Shown here in pieces: positions 8,947 to 19,459 of a stretch of DNA of 64,000 nt (position 1 is the stretch's first letter; every line of letters begins with the position of its first letter). Location of the stretch: positions 1 to 64,000 of the IMG/VR virus record IMGVR_UViG_3300027896_000001. One strand, 5' to 3'. Below the pieces are notes generated by a model, which saw only the letters and a program-made list of their open reading frames with translations, ran no database searches and was not told the DNA's origin. Origin of the DNA: a virus. Position numbers and translations under genes: made by a program.

Positions 8947-8974
8947 ACAGAACACATTCAAGCAATATATAATT

Positions 8975-9013
8975 AAGGGCAGCAGCCATTGGCTGTTGTC
9001 CTTGTTTTGTTTT
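8975..9013 (+). terminator. Rho-independent terminator
   Basis: AAGGGCAGCAGCC-ATT-GGCTGTTGTCCTT stem followed by a T-rich tail. Confidence 0.7.
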
Positions 9014-9060
9014 ATATTATACATTATAGCACCTCTTTTTTTTACCTCTGAAGGATCATC

Positions 9061-12000
9061 ATGGCGCCTCCAGGTTATGATAATGTTCCTCTAGGCTCCG
9101 ACCAACCTATTACGCCCGGCAGTCAGGACGCAAATCAGATAAGCTATGCTGATATGATGCGGTATCAGATGATATCGCAATACCAGCAGAGGTATGCCGA
9201 CCAGCAGCGTTTTATTCCAACAGCCCCTCGATTCCGCTATGGAGTTAATGATATTCCGGAACGCAGTTTCTTTCAACGCCAGAACGAAGTAAACAGGATG
9301 TCTTTGAGTTCTGGTCTTACAAAAGGCATGGCTGATATGGCCGCGTGGGGAGCGGCTTCTCTTGGATTAACGGCGCTTGGGGTGGGAGGAATGTCTGTCG
9401 CAGGAATAGCCGTTCCAATGATCGCGCCCTTAATTCCAATGCATTTCTTTACAAAAGGCGTCGACATGACTTTCCAGCGGCAGAGAGCCATGCAGGGAAT
9501 GGCGGCCGATATCCAGCAATACAGGGAACAGATTGGAATGCCTGGAATGTCTTATTTTCAGGCAACGCAATTTGGTTCGAATATGGCGGGAGGAATGTTT
9601 GCACAAAGACAGTTCTTCAATCCTCAGCAGCAACAGGAGATTCTTAAGATCGGATTGGCGAACAATCTGATAAGCGCCAAGGGTGTTGGAATGAATACCG
9701 GTGATATAAAAACCCTTGAAACGAATGTAAAAAAATTCACCGAGGTAGTGCAGACTGCAGTTAAGACTTTAAACACGACGATTGTCGGCGGGGCGTCGGT
9801 CATAAAAGAAATGCAGATGCAGGGATTCGGAACGATGAACCAGATACAAACCGGATTACTTACTGCAAAAGCATATGGGAACATGACTGGATTGGGCGCG
9901 CAGAATTTATTACAGATAGGCGCAGCGGGAGCAGCAGCGACTCAGGGAACTCCATGGCAGGCAGCGGCTGGGGCGACGATGTATCAGTCTGGGGCTGCGC
10001 AGGCCGCTTATATGGCTAAGGGATGGAATCCGCAATATCAACAATCAGTAATGATGGCTGGCGGAGTTGCTCGTGCCGGCGCTCTTATTGCTCAGACACA
10101 AATGAATTTCATGCAGTCCGGAATGGGTGCTAGGGCCGCGGCTTTTCTGATGGATGCAAAAGGAAATCTTGATGCAAGACAATTAAACAGGTTGATGACT
10201 GGAGAAGTAACAGGACACGAAATGATGATGAGGGGTTCTGAAATTGCGCATCAGATGGGCCCAGGCGGAAGAGTAATGTTCCAGAGGAGAAGGTCGGAAC
10301 TTTGGAACGAATTGGCGAAAAATAATCCTGAAGTCATTTCTAAAACAATGATGGAAACATTTGCGGCCTGGGGAACGAGCAGGAGAGGGACAGCCGAACA
10401 ACAAGCTCAGGCTTTTGCAAGAATGTATTCTGGTGGGGATGAGAGGGCGGAAAATGCGCTTGCTGACTGGCTGATGGCTCCGAAGGGTTTTTCTGCAATG
10501 GGGGCTGAACGCCAGGTATCTGCAATGTTGGGCCAAAAGGTTGGTCCAGCACAATCCGCCATGCGAACTTTATATAATAGTTTGCTTACTGCGCCTCCAG
10601 ACCAGACTCTTGGTTGGAATTTTGGAGATTTTACCAGGGCTGGAATATCCGCTTTTAATACAGTTGATGCTGCGATGTATTCAACAGGCGGGGCTAAAGG
10701 ATATCTTGGAAGGCGTATCGGGCAGAAACTTGAAGATGTGGTGAACCGTGTTACTGGAAGTAAATACGGAGTATTCAACAGGTATGATATCGGAAATACC
10801 GAAAGGGCTTATAGAAAATTATACGGACTGGCCCCGACGACGCTGACTGAAGAGGATATTGCTCAATATCAAAAATACTCCACTCGGAATAAACCTCCAT
10901 ACGCAAAATCAAATATATACGCAGGAGATATCGGTGAAATTGATTTAAGGAAAGAATACGGGATTAATGTCGAAGCTAATTTCAGGAACATGACGAGAGA
11001 AGACCTTTTAAGAGTTGCACAGACGACGATGACAGGACTTGGTGAAGGAACAATGGTTTCTGTGTTGAAGAACCGCGATTTCTTAAAGTCCGCTAATATC
11101 CCGAAAGAAATCGCGAACCGGATGATTTACAATAAAGACCATATGGCCCCGGAAAAGATCGGGTTGTCATATATAAATCAACTAGCTGACTTTGTATCGA
11201 AAACAAATAAACAGGCCGATGCATTAACCGCTGAGACTGTTAATTTTAAAAAGACGATAGATCAGGAAGGTGGAGTTTCGCATACTGAGTACGCTACAGC
11301 ACAAAGGCATGTTAACTGGCTTCCTGCAGAGGACCAGGATAGACTTGCCATCGCAGACACAAGAGGAATGACCAAACAGCAAAAGATGGAAGTGATGGCG
11401 GCAAAAGAAAATCTGGCGTACAGATTAACGGCGAAAACTCAAGGACTTGACATAGATAAATTAATGGGATTTTCTGATGTAACTGGATTACGAAGAAAAC
11501 AAGTGCAGGATTTTAAAGAAACATTAGGATTAGCCGCAGTAAGAAGGCCCGTTGCTGGAGGTGTGGCTGGCGCTGTATTAAGTCAACTTCCCGGCCCATT
11601 TGGATATGCAGGGGCAGTTGTAGGGGCAGTTGTTGGCCAAGGAGCAATTTTTACTCGTTTTAGTCAGGCTCGTTTGGAAAGAATTGCCGGACTTAAGGGT
11701 GGAATGAACACTGATCCAGCAACAACAATGGCCGCGCTTCTTGATAAAATTCAGGCCGGCGGCGTAATGCAAGGAAAGGTTTCTCAAGCGGATTGGGATT
11801 GGCTTGGTAGGCGTGGTCTTTACAAAAGAACAGATATGGGAGGTGCTAAAAGAAATCTGACTGCTGAGGCTGATGAGATTATAGCTAAGTATGGAAAAAT
11901 GGTTGAAGAAGCTCAAGTAACAATGAAATACGCAAAAACAAAAGAGGCGTTGTCCGGAATCAAGACACAAAAACTGGCTAACATTAAAGGTTACGACGCT

Positions 12001-12453
12001 GCTTCTCTGGAAGCAAAAAGATTTATTGAAAGCACCGGAGTTGGAGCCCAAGGGCTATCAGAAGGTGCTATAAAAGTCCTGGCTGAATCCGAGGGAATGT
12101 CCGCAGCAAACGTAAGAGAATTGGCTAAACAGGGAGGCAACGTTCTTGCCAACAGGATTTTTATTCCGTCAATAACGAAAAGTGAACAGAAGAAAACACA
12201 GGCTTGGGGAGATATATTAAAAACATTAATGGCGCCGACTACTGATAAAAGTCAATTCATGACTTTCTTCAATCCTGATACTCAAAAATTTGAAACTGAA
12301 ACAAGAGAAAAAATATATAAAAAATACCAGAAACAACTGACCGATGCGCAAAGAACCGATCTGACGCCTGAAGAGGCCGCGAAAGGGAAATCACTCTCTT
12401 CCTATGTCGCGGCGCCCATTCTGAATTACTGGTCGAACAGATGGATAATGTAA
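9061..12453 (+). CDS. Tape-measure-like protein
   Basis: 1130 aa, A/G/Q/M-rich and helical with hydrophobic segments; sits between the chaperone pair and the baseplate genes. Confidence 0.6.
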   Translation: MAPPGYDNVPLGSDQPITPGSQDANQISYADMMRYQMISQYQQRYADQQRFIPTAPRFRYGVNDIPERSFFQRQNEVNRMSLSSGLTKGMADMAAWGAASLGLTALGVGGMSVAGIAVPMIAPLIPMHFFTKGVDMTFQRQRAMQGMAADIQQYREQIGMPGMSYFQATQFGSNMAGGMFAQRQFFNPQQQQEILKIGLANNLISAKGVGMNTGDIKTLETNVKKFTEVVQTAVKTLNTTIVGGASVIKEMQMQGFGTMNQIQTGLLTAKAYGNMTGLGAQNLLQIGAAGAAATQGTPWQAAAGATMYQSGAAQAAYMAKGWNPQYQQSVMMAGGVARAGALIAQTQMNFMQSGMGARAAAFLMDAKGNLDARQLNRLMTGEVTGHEMMMRGSEIAHQMGPGGRVMFQRRRSELWNELAKNNPEVISKTMMETFAAWGTSRRGTAEQQAQAFARMYSGGDERAENALADWLMAPKGFSAMGAERQVSAMLGQKVGPAQSAMRTLYNSLLTAPPDQTLGWNFGDFTRAGISAFNTVDAAMYSTGGAKGYLGRRIGQKLEDVVNRVTGSKYGVFNRYDIGNTERAYRKLYGLAPTTLTEEDIAQYQKYSTRNKPPYAKSNIYAGDIGEIDLRKEYGINVEANFRNMTREDLLRVAQTTMTGLGEGTMVSVLKNRDFLKSANIPKEIANRMIYNKDHMAPEKIGLSYINQLADFVSKTNKQADALTAETVNFKKTIDQEGGVSHTEYATAQRHVNWLPAEDQDRLAIADTRGMTKQQKMEVMAAKENLAYRLTAKTQGLDIDKLMGFSDVTGLRRKQVQDFKETLGLAAVRRPVAGGVAGAVLSQLPGPFGYAGAVVGAVVGQGAIFTRFSQARLERIAGLKGGMNTDPATTMAALLDKIQAGGVMQGKVSQADWDWLGRRGLYKRTDMGGAKRNLTAEADEIIAKYGKMVEEAQVTMKYAKTKEALSGIKTQKLANIKGYDAASLEAKRFIESTGVGAQGLSEGAIKVLAESEGMSAANVRELAKQGGNVLANRIFIPSITKSEQKKTQAWGDILKTLMAPTTDKSQFMTFFNPDTQKFETETREKIYKKYQKQLTDAQRTDLTPEEAAKGKSLSSYVAAPILNYWSNRWIM

Positions 12454-12463
12454 GGAGTTAATT

Positions 12464-13522
12464 ATGGCACAATCAACGTTCCAGTCTCCGATCGACACCG
12501 ACGATTCAACGAGCAGACTGCGTCCTTATCTTTCAGGAATTACCAACCACGCAGACCCGATTGCGACCATAATTCTTTTTAAGGAAGGGGAGTCTCCCAA
12601 GATAGACAGCTCTGAATACAAACACGATTATCTCGCTAATTTCGAATTGGTAGTCGAACCTCTCTTTCCTGATTCTTTCAGGACCGGAGTAATCGGGTAT
12701 CCGGAACTTCCTGCGGGAAAAGTCCCGATCCTTACTCTTGACAATAAGAACGATTATTACGGGGTATTCAATAATTTCTCCGTTACCGGCATAAGCGAAT
12801 CGCATGACCAGATCTCGAAAGTGCATATGAATTTCAGCGCCAAATGGAATGTCTTTTTCTTCGGCAACACTCCAAATGTCTATCAGTTCAGAGGGTATTT
12901 TCTTGACACAATGGAATATCCGTATTACCAGGAATTCCTTATAGCGTTTGAAAAATACCTTTCCGGAAGGAAAGCGGTGGAACAGAAGATACATACGAAA
13001 CTCATGGTGTCCGGGCAGATCATTGACGGGTATCTTTTAAGCCTTGGGGTCACCCATAACGCGCAGTTGCCGGCAATGAAAGAGTTTCAGTTTTCCATGC
13101 TTGTGAAGGGTGTTTCCTGGGTGAGATACAATTATGTCGGGATGGGAAAACTAGGCAACACGAAGGATGTTCACAAAACAGTAATCGATATGAATGCGCT
13201 GTCGAATATAGACAGGCTCTCAAACCCGAAATATCTTGGATTGATCGATCATAACATAAGCGAGGATACATCCGGGAAATCGGCTCCATTAAGCCCGTTG
13301 CCGACACAAACTATTCCAGCAGCAAAGAAAACGAAAAAGGCTAATACAGCTAAAAACAATTCTACTGCGGTTAAAGCCGCTGAATTTAATGCTAAACTTG
13401 TGGCATCTTCTACTTCGAATTATTATGACGGAAAAGGATTTAGTGGACCAAAATCAAAACCTGATTCAGATTATATAAAATTTACAACCGCTGTTGCTGA
13501 TAAAACATCGGTTTTTAAATAA
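12464..13522 (+). CDS. Putative tail tube initiator/baseplate hub component
   Basis: Follows the TMP; beta-rich (VFFFGNTPNVYQFRG...IDGYLLSL...EFQFSMLV). Confidence 0.45.
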   Translation: MAQSTFQSPIDTDDSTSRLRPYLSGITNHADPIATIILFKEGESPKIDSSEYKHDYLANFELVVEPLFPDSFRTGVIGYPELPAGKVPILTLDNKNDYYGVFNNFSVTGISESHDQISKVHMNFSAKWNVFFFGNTPNVYQFRGYFLDTMEYPYYQEFLIAFEKYLSGRKAVEQKIHTKLMVSGQIIDGYLLSLGVTHNAQLPAMKEFQFSMLVKGVSWVRYNYVGMGKLGNTKDVHKTVIDMNALSNIDRLSNPKYLGLIDHNISEDTSGKSAPLSPLPTQTIPAAKKTKKANTAKNNSTAVKAAEFNAKLVASSTSNYYDGKGFSGPKSKPDSDYIKFTTAVADKTSVFK

Positions 13523-13531
13523 GGGATAAGG

Positions 13532-16255
13532 ATGCCAAGAGGATATAATCTGTCCTTTAAAATGCACATGGAAGGAATTGAGGTTCCTTTCAAGAGTGCG
13601 AATATTATCTGTACGCCGAACGGAGTGGAAGCCAACATTAACATCTATCACAACAAATATGTTTACGACATAAAACCTAAAACGATGGTGCAGATATTTT
13701 TTAAGGACTGGGCGCCGAACGGAGGAAAACCTGGATGGAGACTGATGTTCGATGGGTTCTTCTCAAGTTACTACAAGGAGGACGAATCCACTCAGGGAAG
13801 AATGATAGGAATCGTCTGCAGAGATTTCAGGATGGACCTTCGTAAAGCTCCGGCAGCGCTTGCATATACCGGGGACTCCGAACGTACATCACGGCATTTA
13901 TTCAACATGCATGGCCTTTATACACGCACGGTTGTTCCTGGAATGAGCACTCCGAAGCATCCTAAGAGCGTGGCGACGAGGGAATACGAAAATCAATTAA
14001 GCCCTTTGTCAAGCGAACTCAGGTACATTGCAGGAACAGCTTACGGGGCAGGGGCAAAACAAGACCCGAAGACAGGGGAATGGTTTTATTCAAAAAAGTA
14101 CGCTGACACTCCAGTTGATAAATGGGGAAAAGCGGATTGTAGATTTTTCCTCGACGCCCTTATTCGTGGGATATGGACTGAGGCTGTCGGCGGCACATCT
14201 GTCGGAGCGTTTCTTAACAAGAGAACGAAATGCGATAAAAGGTTCCTAATCCCTTCAAATAAAGCAGGTTACAACTTCTGGTCAAGACAGTCGGCCGGCC
14301 TTCAGATGGGTTCATATGTCATGATGGATTCGAGATTTGTGAGCCTCGAAGTTGCTATTATGAGAATAGCCGCCTTGTTTTCGGTACGGGTTTATTCATG
14401 CAACACGCCGGCATTGATACCGATAAGTGAAACAGTCAATGGACAACCCAATCCTACAATCGATTACATAATGGATCAGAAGGTAAGAAAATTTCTTGTT
14501 GACAGGGCGAGTGCTGAGTTCGGCGCTCCATACATACTCAACGAAGGCATGCTTCTTCCTCCACTTGAATTCACGGCTCCACCAAACTGCAACCTGTTCC
14601 TTCCTCCCATATGCAACCGCGTTTCCTGGCAATATGATATGGACGCCGATATCACTCGCGGGTATTATTCAGTCGTCAATAGTCTTTCAGGATATGATTC
14701 GACGCAGGGACTCAACATGCTTGGTATCCAGGTTCCGAATCTTTTGTTCGACCTGAATGACCAGGAGGGAAGCAAGAAAGACAAGTATGGAAGACGGAAA
14801 CCACCGATAACACTTGAAGAGAGATACAAAGGGGTTTCACTGACATATGGTCAAGTGAACCTTGATCTTGCAATGAATGAGGCGAACACGGAACAACTCG
14901 ATTCTATTCTAAGAAAAAAACAAGCAAAGATACGGGAGACCAAGACAGAAGAAATTACAAGAGGGGGTTCTGTTACTTCTCCTGCGGTGTTAAACCACCT
15001 TGCCCCAGAATTAAGGGAACAGGCTGAAAAAAATATAAATGACAAATTGGAAAAAATGAAGATAAGCACGCAGGTTCCCGTACAGACCGCTACCACAAAT
15101 GCAATGCGGCGCCATGCTATTCTTAAATACTTAAATGAGAAATATGCTGGCAGGGTCATAACGATCGACATGATGTTCAACCCATATCCCATGTGCGGAT
15201 TTCCCGGAATGTTTGTTGACGATGACGAGGCTGGTGGAGAACAGTCTTCCAAATCGGTACTTGGAATGGTCCAGCAAGTCAAACACATCATTCATATTTC
15301 TTCCGAAGGGGCTGAGGCAAGCACCACGGTAATCATGAACGACGCAAGGTTTATCGATGAGCCGACCGATTTAAGCCCTGATGGAAATGCGTATTATTTA
15401 AAACCGACAGATCCGATTGCCGCTGAGATAGATCCCAAAACTCTTAAATTCGTAAGCGAAATGAAAGCCAACCCGGTGCATCATTATGTCCCGGAACCGA
15501 AACAGGCAACAGAAAGAGTGGTCAACCCGAGGGCTTACGACCTTAATCAAAACAAGGAAATAAAAGACTATATATACGTGAAGGACTTTCTTTCGATAAC
15601 GCAGAGGTGGTCTGAAGGAGGAAAGTCGAATAAACTGTATGTTGATTCGGATTATGAGCCTCAGCGCATATGTAAATTCTACAAGGATGTTCTTCAGCAT
15701 TCAAAACCGCACTTCATGATAGGGACAAGATTTGTAGAAAACAGGAACGTTTTCTTCGTATATGACTCGATGCATGAGGCCCTTGTTGAACTTAAAAACA
15801 CGAAGAAGGAACTGCTTACCGAATACGACAGGGCTATGGAATTCATTTCAAGAGGAATATGTTCCGCCGATGCTTTTTATCAGGGGATACTCGGGGCGTC
15901 GGTACAGGGGGAAATACTTGAACCTGATCCTGCGCATCCTGGAAATTATATATCCAAAGGTTTCGGTTACATATGCAATACAAATAATTTCGACGACACT
16001 AGGATTGAGGACGAATATTTTGGAGTGACAACGGCATTGTGGAACAGCGGAAAAATAGAAGAACTTAAGGCCGCGCCTCAAGCCGCGCTGGCTAAGGGCT
16101 GGACACAATCAAAAGGGTTAATGACGCATGAAGGGCAATGCAGCAGCATCCTTGAGACAATGCCTATTACTGCTTTCATAGAGGAGCGAAAACAGTCTGT
16201 CAAAAAGTATATTACAAGTACAAGCCAGACTGCTCAAGGGATGCGGTTCAAATGA
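13532..16255 (+). CDS. Putative baseplate hub protein
   Basis: 907 aa; N-terminal beta pattern (VQIFF...LMFDG...IVCRD) and ITIDMMFNP...VLGMVQQVKHII resemble hub folds; synteny. Confidence 0.5.
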   Translation: MPRGYNLSFKMHMEGIEVPFKSANIICTPNGVEANINIYHNKYVYDIKPKTMVQIFFKDWAPNGGKPGWRLMFDGFFSSYYKEDESTQGRMIGIVCRDFRMDLRKAPAALAYTGDSERTSRHLFNMHGLYTRTVVPGMSTPKHPKSVATREYENQLSPLSSELRYIAGTAYGAGAKQDPKTGEWFYSKKYADTPVDKWGKADCRFFLDALIRGIWTEAVGGTSVGAFLNKRTKCDKRFLIPSNKAGYNFWSRQSAGLQMGSYVMMDSRFVSLEVAIMRIAALFSVRVYSCNTPALIPISETVNGQPNPTIDYIMDQKVRKFLVDRASAEFGAPYILNEGMLLPPLEFTAPPNCNLFLPPICNRVSWQYDMDADITRGYYSVVNSLSGYDSTQGLNMLGIQVPNLLFDLNDQEGSKKDKYGRRKPPITLEERYKGVSLTYGQVNLDLAMNEANTEQLDSILRKKQAKIRETKTEEITRGGSVTSPAVLNHLAPELREQAEKNINDKLEKMKISTQVPVQTATTNAMRRHAILKYLNEKYAGRVITIDMMFNPYPMCGFPGMFVDDDEAGGEQSSKSVLGMVQQVKHIIHISSEGAEASTTVIMNDARFIDEPTDLSPDGNAYYLKPTDPIAAEIDPKTLKFVSEMKANPVHHYVPEPKQATERVVNPRAYDLNQNKEIKDYIYVKDFLSITQRWSEGGKSNKLYVDSDYEPQRICKFYKDVLQHSKPHFMIGTRFVENRNVFFVYDSMHEALVELKNTKKELLTEYDRAMEFISRGICSADAFYQGILGASVQGEILEPDPAHPGNYISKGFGYICNTNNFDDTRIEDEYFGVTTALWNSGKIEELKAAPQAALAKGWTQSKGLMTHEGQCSSILETMPITAFIEERKQSVKKYITSTSQTAQGMRFK

Positions 16256-16977
16256 ATATACTTGAACAAATTAAAGAATCTGCATTGATTGATGAGCTTG
16301 AAAAAATAGCCCTCAATGCGCTTGAAAAAAGGGAATTGGCTAAAAAGTTCGGACTTATTTTCGAGGGGACGGGAAGAAACTGGGCGTTGAGAAATTTACG
16401 GAAAGGGAAAAACTGGGAACAACTTGGATCGGTGAGCCAAAAACATCTTAATGCCGCAATGCCTTTAATAAAAGAAACAACTCCCAAAGGAGTTGAAATT
16501 GGATTTTCTACATATGGAACTAGAAGGTCTCCGATATTACGCGGAGGAATCGGAATGACTCCGATAGGTACTATTTCAAATAAAATTACGAGGACATTTC
16601 ACACTCATCCGTATATTGGACTCGCAAAAACATCGCCTGATAAACTTTTGAAAGATATATTTCTTTCAACATTAAAGATCACCGGAAAAGGGAATATGGG
16701 TAAAAAAGAAATTAGAGAAGCGACTAAAGCATATGTAAAATCTTCAGTTTTTAAAAAGATGGTTAAACACATGAATAAAGATTCGAAAAGAATGCTGGAA
16801 ATGAGACCTCATTTGATGGCGCATCCTAATCCTGAAAATATCAAAGGCCTTACTGATTTAGCATCAATGCAATTAACTCCTCAAGCATATCATAATATAT
16901 TAAATTCAGATGCTATGATCCTTGGTATTCATAAAATAAGACCTAAAGGATTGCGAGAAGTTTACAGACAATTATAA
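16252..16977 (+). CDS. Tagged basic protein with a possible JAB/MPN-like HTHP motif
   Basis: N-terminal ILEQIKESALIDELEKIA; GVEIGF...TFHTHP. Confidence 0.7.
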   Translation: MNILEQIKESALIDELEKIALNALEKRELAKKFGLIFEGTGRNWALRNLRKGKNWEQLGSVSQKHLNAAMPLIKETTPKGVEIGFSTYGTRRSPILRGGIGMTPIGTISNKITRTFHTHPYIGLAKTSPDKLLKDIFLSTLKITGKGNMGKKEIREATKAYVKSSVFKKMVKHMNKDSKRMLEMRPHLMAHPNPENIKGLTDLASMQLTPQAYHNILNSDAMILGIHKIRPKGLREVYRQL

Positions 16978-16987
16978 GGAGAACACA

Positions 16988-17353
16988 ATGAAAAACTTTA
17001 TCATATTAACAGTATTGGTTATGGCTATCAGTTTTTTATCTTATTCCGATATAGATTCCACAAAAGCGGCCAATCTTGTAAAAGTCACCGAACGCACCAG
17101 CAATACTTCGTTTGGAACACGTTGGGCGTTTTCTCCAGTGGCGGATTATCCTGTAGAGATGATGAAGAAAGTAAAGACTCCGGACCTTTCAAAAGGGAAA
17201 GTGTACTGTTGCAAGGAAGGCGTAGGCGGGGTGATCTGGGTCTATGAGGATACGGCGTGTATTCTGATAAAAACATGGAATTCGAAATCCGACACGACGT
17301 ATAAGTTTTTGTGGTTTATGTATAATAAAAATAAATTTACATATTTAAAGTGA
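16988..17353 (+). CDS. Secreted/membrane-anchored hypothetical protein
   Basis: AGGAG RBS; signal-peptide-like N-terminus MKNFIILTVLVMAISFLSYS. Confidence 0.7.
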   Translation: MKNFIILTVLVMAISFLSYSDIDSTKAANLVKVTERTSNTSFGTRWAFSPVADYPVEMMKKVKTPDLSKGKVYCCKEGVGGVIWVYEDTACILIKTWNSKSDTTYKFLWFMYNKNKFTYLK

Positions 17354-17360
17354 GGGGATT

Positions 17361-17669
17361 ATGGGTTTTTTTAATCAAATAAAAGAAGCCGCCTTTATCG
17401 ATGAAATTGAAAAAATCTCTATGTCATTAAATAAGATCACTTCCGCACTCGCCGTAAGAAGGGTCGGAAAGGTCAGGGGATGGAGTCCGCAACGTTCAAG
17501 AAGGTTTGTCGAAACCCATCCATTATCTCCTGGACAGGAACGTGTTTCGTCGTCAATTCAGGTTGGGCCAGGGTCTCCATGGAGATCGCAAATGAAACGT
17601 GAAGTTGCCGGAGAACAAGGAAGAAAGGGCCTTTCCGGAAAAACTTATTTAAGATCTTTTGAAGAATAA
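17361..17669 (+). CDS. Tagged Arg-rich protein (putative internal virion protein)
   Basis: FFNQIKEAAFIDEIEKIS followed by a basic tail. Confidence 0.75.
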   Translation: MGFFNQIKEAAFIDEIEKISMSLNKITSALAVRRVGKVRGWSPQRSRRFVETHPLSPGQERVSSSIQVGPGSPWRSQMKREVAGEQGRKGLSGKTYLRSFEE

Positions 17670-17679
17670 CGGAGGGAAT

Positions 17680-18087
17680 ATGAATATTTTTGAAGAAATC
17701 AAACAGGCGGCATTTGTAGACGAATTGGAAAAAATAGCCTCAATCACATCGAATGTTAATGCGTATATTTTAAAAGCAAAAGGCGGATTGAAGCCTTTAA
17801 AAACATTCAAGAACAGAACAATGAGGGGAAAACAACTTCCTGATCCAGGACAGGTTAAATATTCAGGTGCGGTTGAAGACATGCAACTCCGAATGTATTT
17901 GGCAAAAAAATCAGAAGAAAAAGCCGCCGCGGCCGCTGCAACCGCCGCCGCTGCAAAACCCGTTACGCAAAGTATACAATCCGTAGCAAAACCGGTCGTA
18001 AAGCGCCCAAGCATATTATCAGGAATTGCGGCTAGAGTAAGAGGGGTTGGAAAAGCACTCAGGCCATTGCGGGCAATAAGGGTTTAA
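17680..18087 (+). CDS. Tagged basic Ala-rich protein
   Basis: GGAGG RBS before ATG 17680; IFEEIKQAAFVDELEKIA. Confidence 0.75.
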   Translation: MNIFEEIKQAAFVDELEKIASITSNVNAYILKAKGGLKPLKTFKNRTMRGKQLPDPGQVKYSGAVEDMQLRMYLAKKSEEKAAAAAATAAAAKPVTQSIQSVAKPVVKRPSILSGIAARVRGVGKALRPLRAIRV

Positions 18088-18110
18088 ACATTGTACTCTA
18101 TTTCGAGCAA

Positions 18111-18623
18111 ATGCTCTCAGAGGTTATTTTCTTAAAAATGAATACATTAAAAAAACTATCATCTTTAATCGATAATCTTTCCGTCATCCAGAAATTTGCC
18201 GACGACCTTGGCGGGGGCGTTCATAAGGAGAAGGAGTTCCGTTTCCATCTTTCAGAACTCCCCCCTGAATGTGACATCGTTAAGCCTATTATCATCAAGC
18301 AGGGGATTTTGAAAGAGATAAAAGATGGCGATAACGTCGTCGCATATTGTAGAATTAGAATGAAGCAGGAACCTGGTAAAGTGCCGAAGTACAGTTTGGG
18401 AGTGAAGAACTTTCAAAAGAACGAGGAGTCTGAAACTGAAATCTCTAAGGATACTTTTGACGCTTTTTATCCGGACAATCTGGAAAAACCGCAGGAGAAA
18501 AAGCGTTACGAAATCAACAACTGGGAGATTGATGAGATTGATGACGGCACAATCATCGCTGAACAGGAATATAAAAACAAACAGAATTTAAACGATATAC
18601 CAGGACACTGGAAAGTTATATAA
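18111..18623 (+). CDS. CYTH / triphosphate tunnel metalloenzyme domain protein
   Basis: EKEFRF (ExE), IKQG, YCRIR, EESETEIS, EKKRYEI, WEIDE and IAEQE match the CYTH motif order; preceded by QKFA; start may be 18138. Confidence 0.7.
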   Translation: MLSEVIFLKMNTLKKLSSLIDNLSVIQKFADDLGGGVHKEKEFRFHLSELPPECDIVKPIIIKQGILKEIKDGDNVVAYCRIRMKQEPGKVPKYSLGVKNFQKNEESETEISKDTFDAFYPDNLEKPQEKKRYEINNWEIDEIDDGTIIAEQEYKNKQNLNDIPGHWKVI

Positions 18624-18637
18624 ATAAAGGAGATTGT

Positions 18638-19063
18638 ATGGAATCAATTCTTGAAAAATTAGCAAAGAAAACTCATCCCGTTTCTGAAGCGCAGAGGCGT
18701 TGGGCTTTTGCGGCTGAAGAACGTGGCCAGCTTCCAAAAGGGAAGGCGCATACATGGTCAAAAAGAGTGGAGGGTGAAAGCCTCCCTGAAAAAACTGCAA
18801 GCCTTTTTGATCAAATTAAAGAAGCGGCGTTTGTTGATGAACTGCAAAAAATTGCTATGCGAATGACGGGCGCAAGAGCCGCTGAGAATGAATTATTCCA
18901 TCGTGTTTCTGCGGCTGGAACTCGTGCTGGAAGAGAAGCGTCGCATATATCGTCTAATGAAAGATGGATTGCCCATAGAACAAGACAGGCTGAAGAAGCT
19001 GAAAGGACCAGAATGCCAGGATGGGCCGGACAAACAAGCAGTTATGATCGGTATGGACAATAA
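18638..19063 (+). CDS. Tagged protein with a SEAQRRW domain
   Basis: EKLA, EKTA, then an internal LFDQIKEAAFVDELQKIA. Confidence 0.75.
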   Translation: MESILEKLAKKTHPVSEAQRRWAFAAEERGQLPKGKAHTWSKRVEGESLPEKTASLFDQIKEAAFVDELQKIAMRMTGARAAENELFHRVSAAGTRAGREASHISSNERWIAHRTRQAEEAERTRMPGWAGQTSSYDRYGQ

Positions 19064-19105
19064 ATAAAAAAACTTGAATTATAAATTTAAATATTGGAGG
19101 GTCGT

Positions 19106-19459
19106 ATGAATATGTTTGATCAAATCAAAGAAGAGGCGATGATTGATGAGTTGCAGAAAATTGCAGACGGAGACGAGTTGGCTGCCGATGTGGGCCGTGG
19201 AACAATGTTGGGTGGTGGATTGGGAGTTGCCGGCGGAGCCGCCCTTGGAGGAATCGCAGTGCATAATGTAAATAAAAGTCTTGCTGAAAGTTCAAAACTG
19301 CTCAGACAAATGGGTCTTGGGCGCATGCCGAAAATAAAAGGAAGTGTCGGCAAAGGGGCTCTTGTCGCAGGTTTGATTGGTGGATTGGTAGGATCCGGAT
19401 TAGGCGCAGGGGCAGGCGCGGGGATAGGCGGATTGCGTCAATTGAGCAAGGAGAAATAA
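19106..19459 (+). CDS. Tagged glycine-zipper membrane protein
   Basis: GGAGG RBS; tag plus two GxxxG-rich hydrophobic segments. Confidence 0.75.
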   Translation: MNMFDQIKEEAMIDELQKIADGDELAADVGRGTMLGGGLGVAGGAALGGIAVHNVNKSLAESSKLLRQMGLGRMPKIKGSVGKGALVAGLIGGLVGSGLGAGAGAGIGGLRQLSKEK

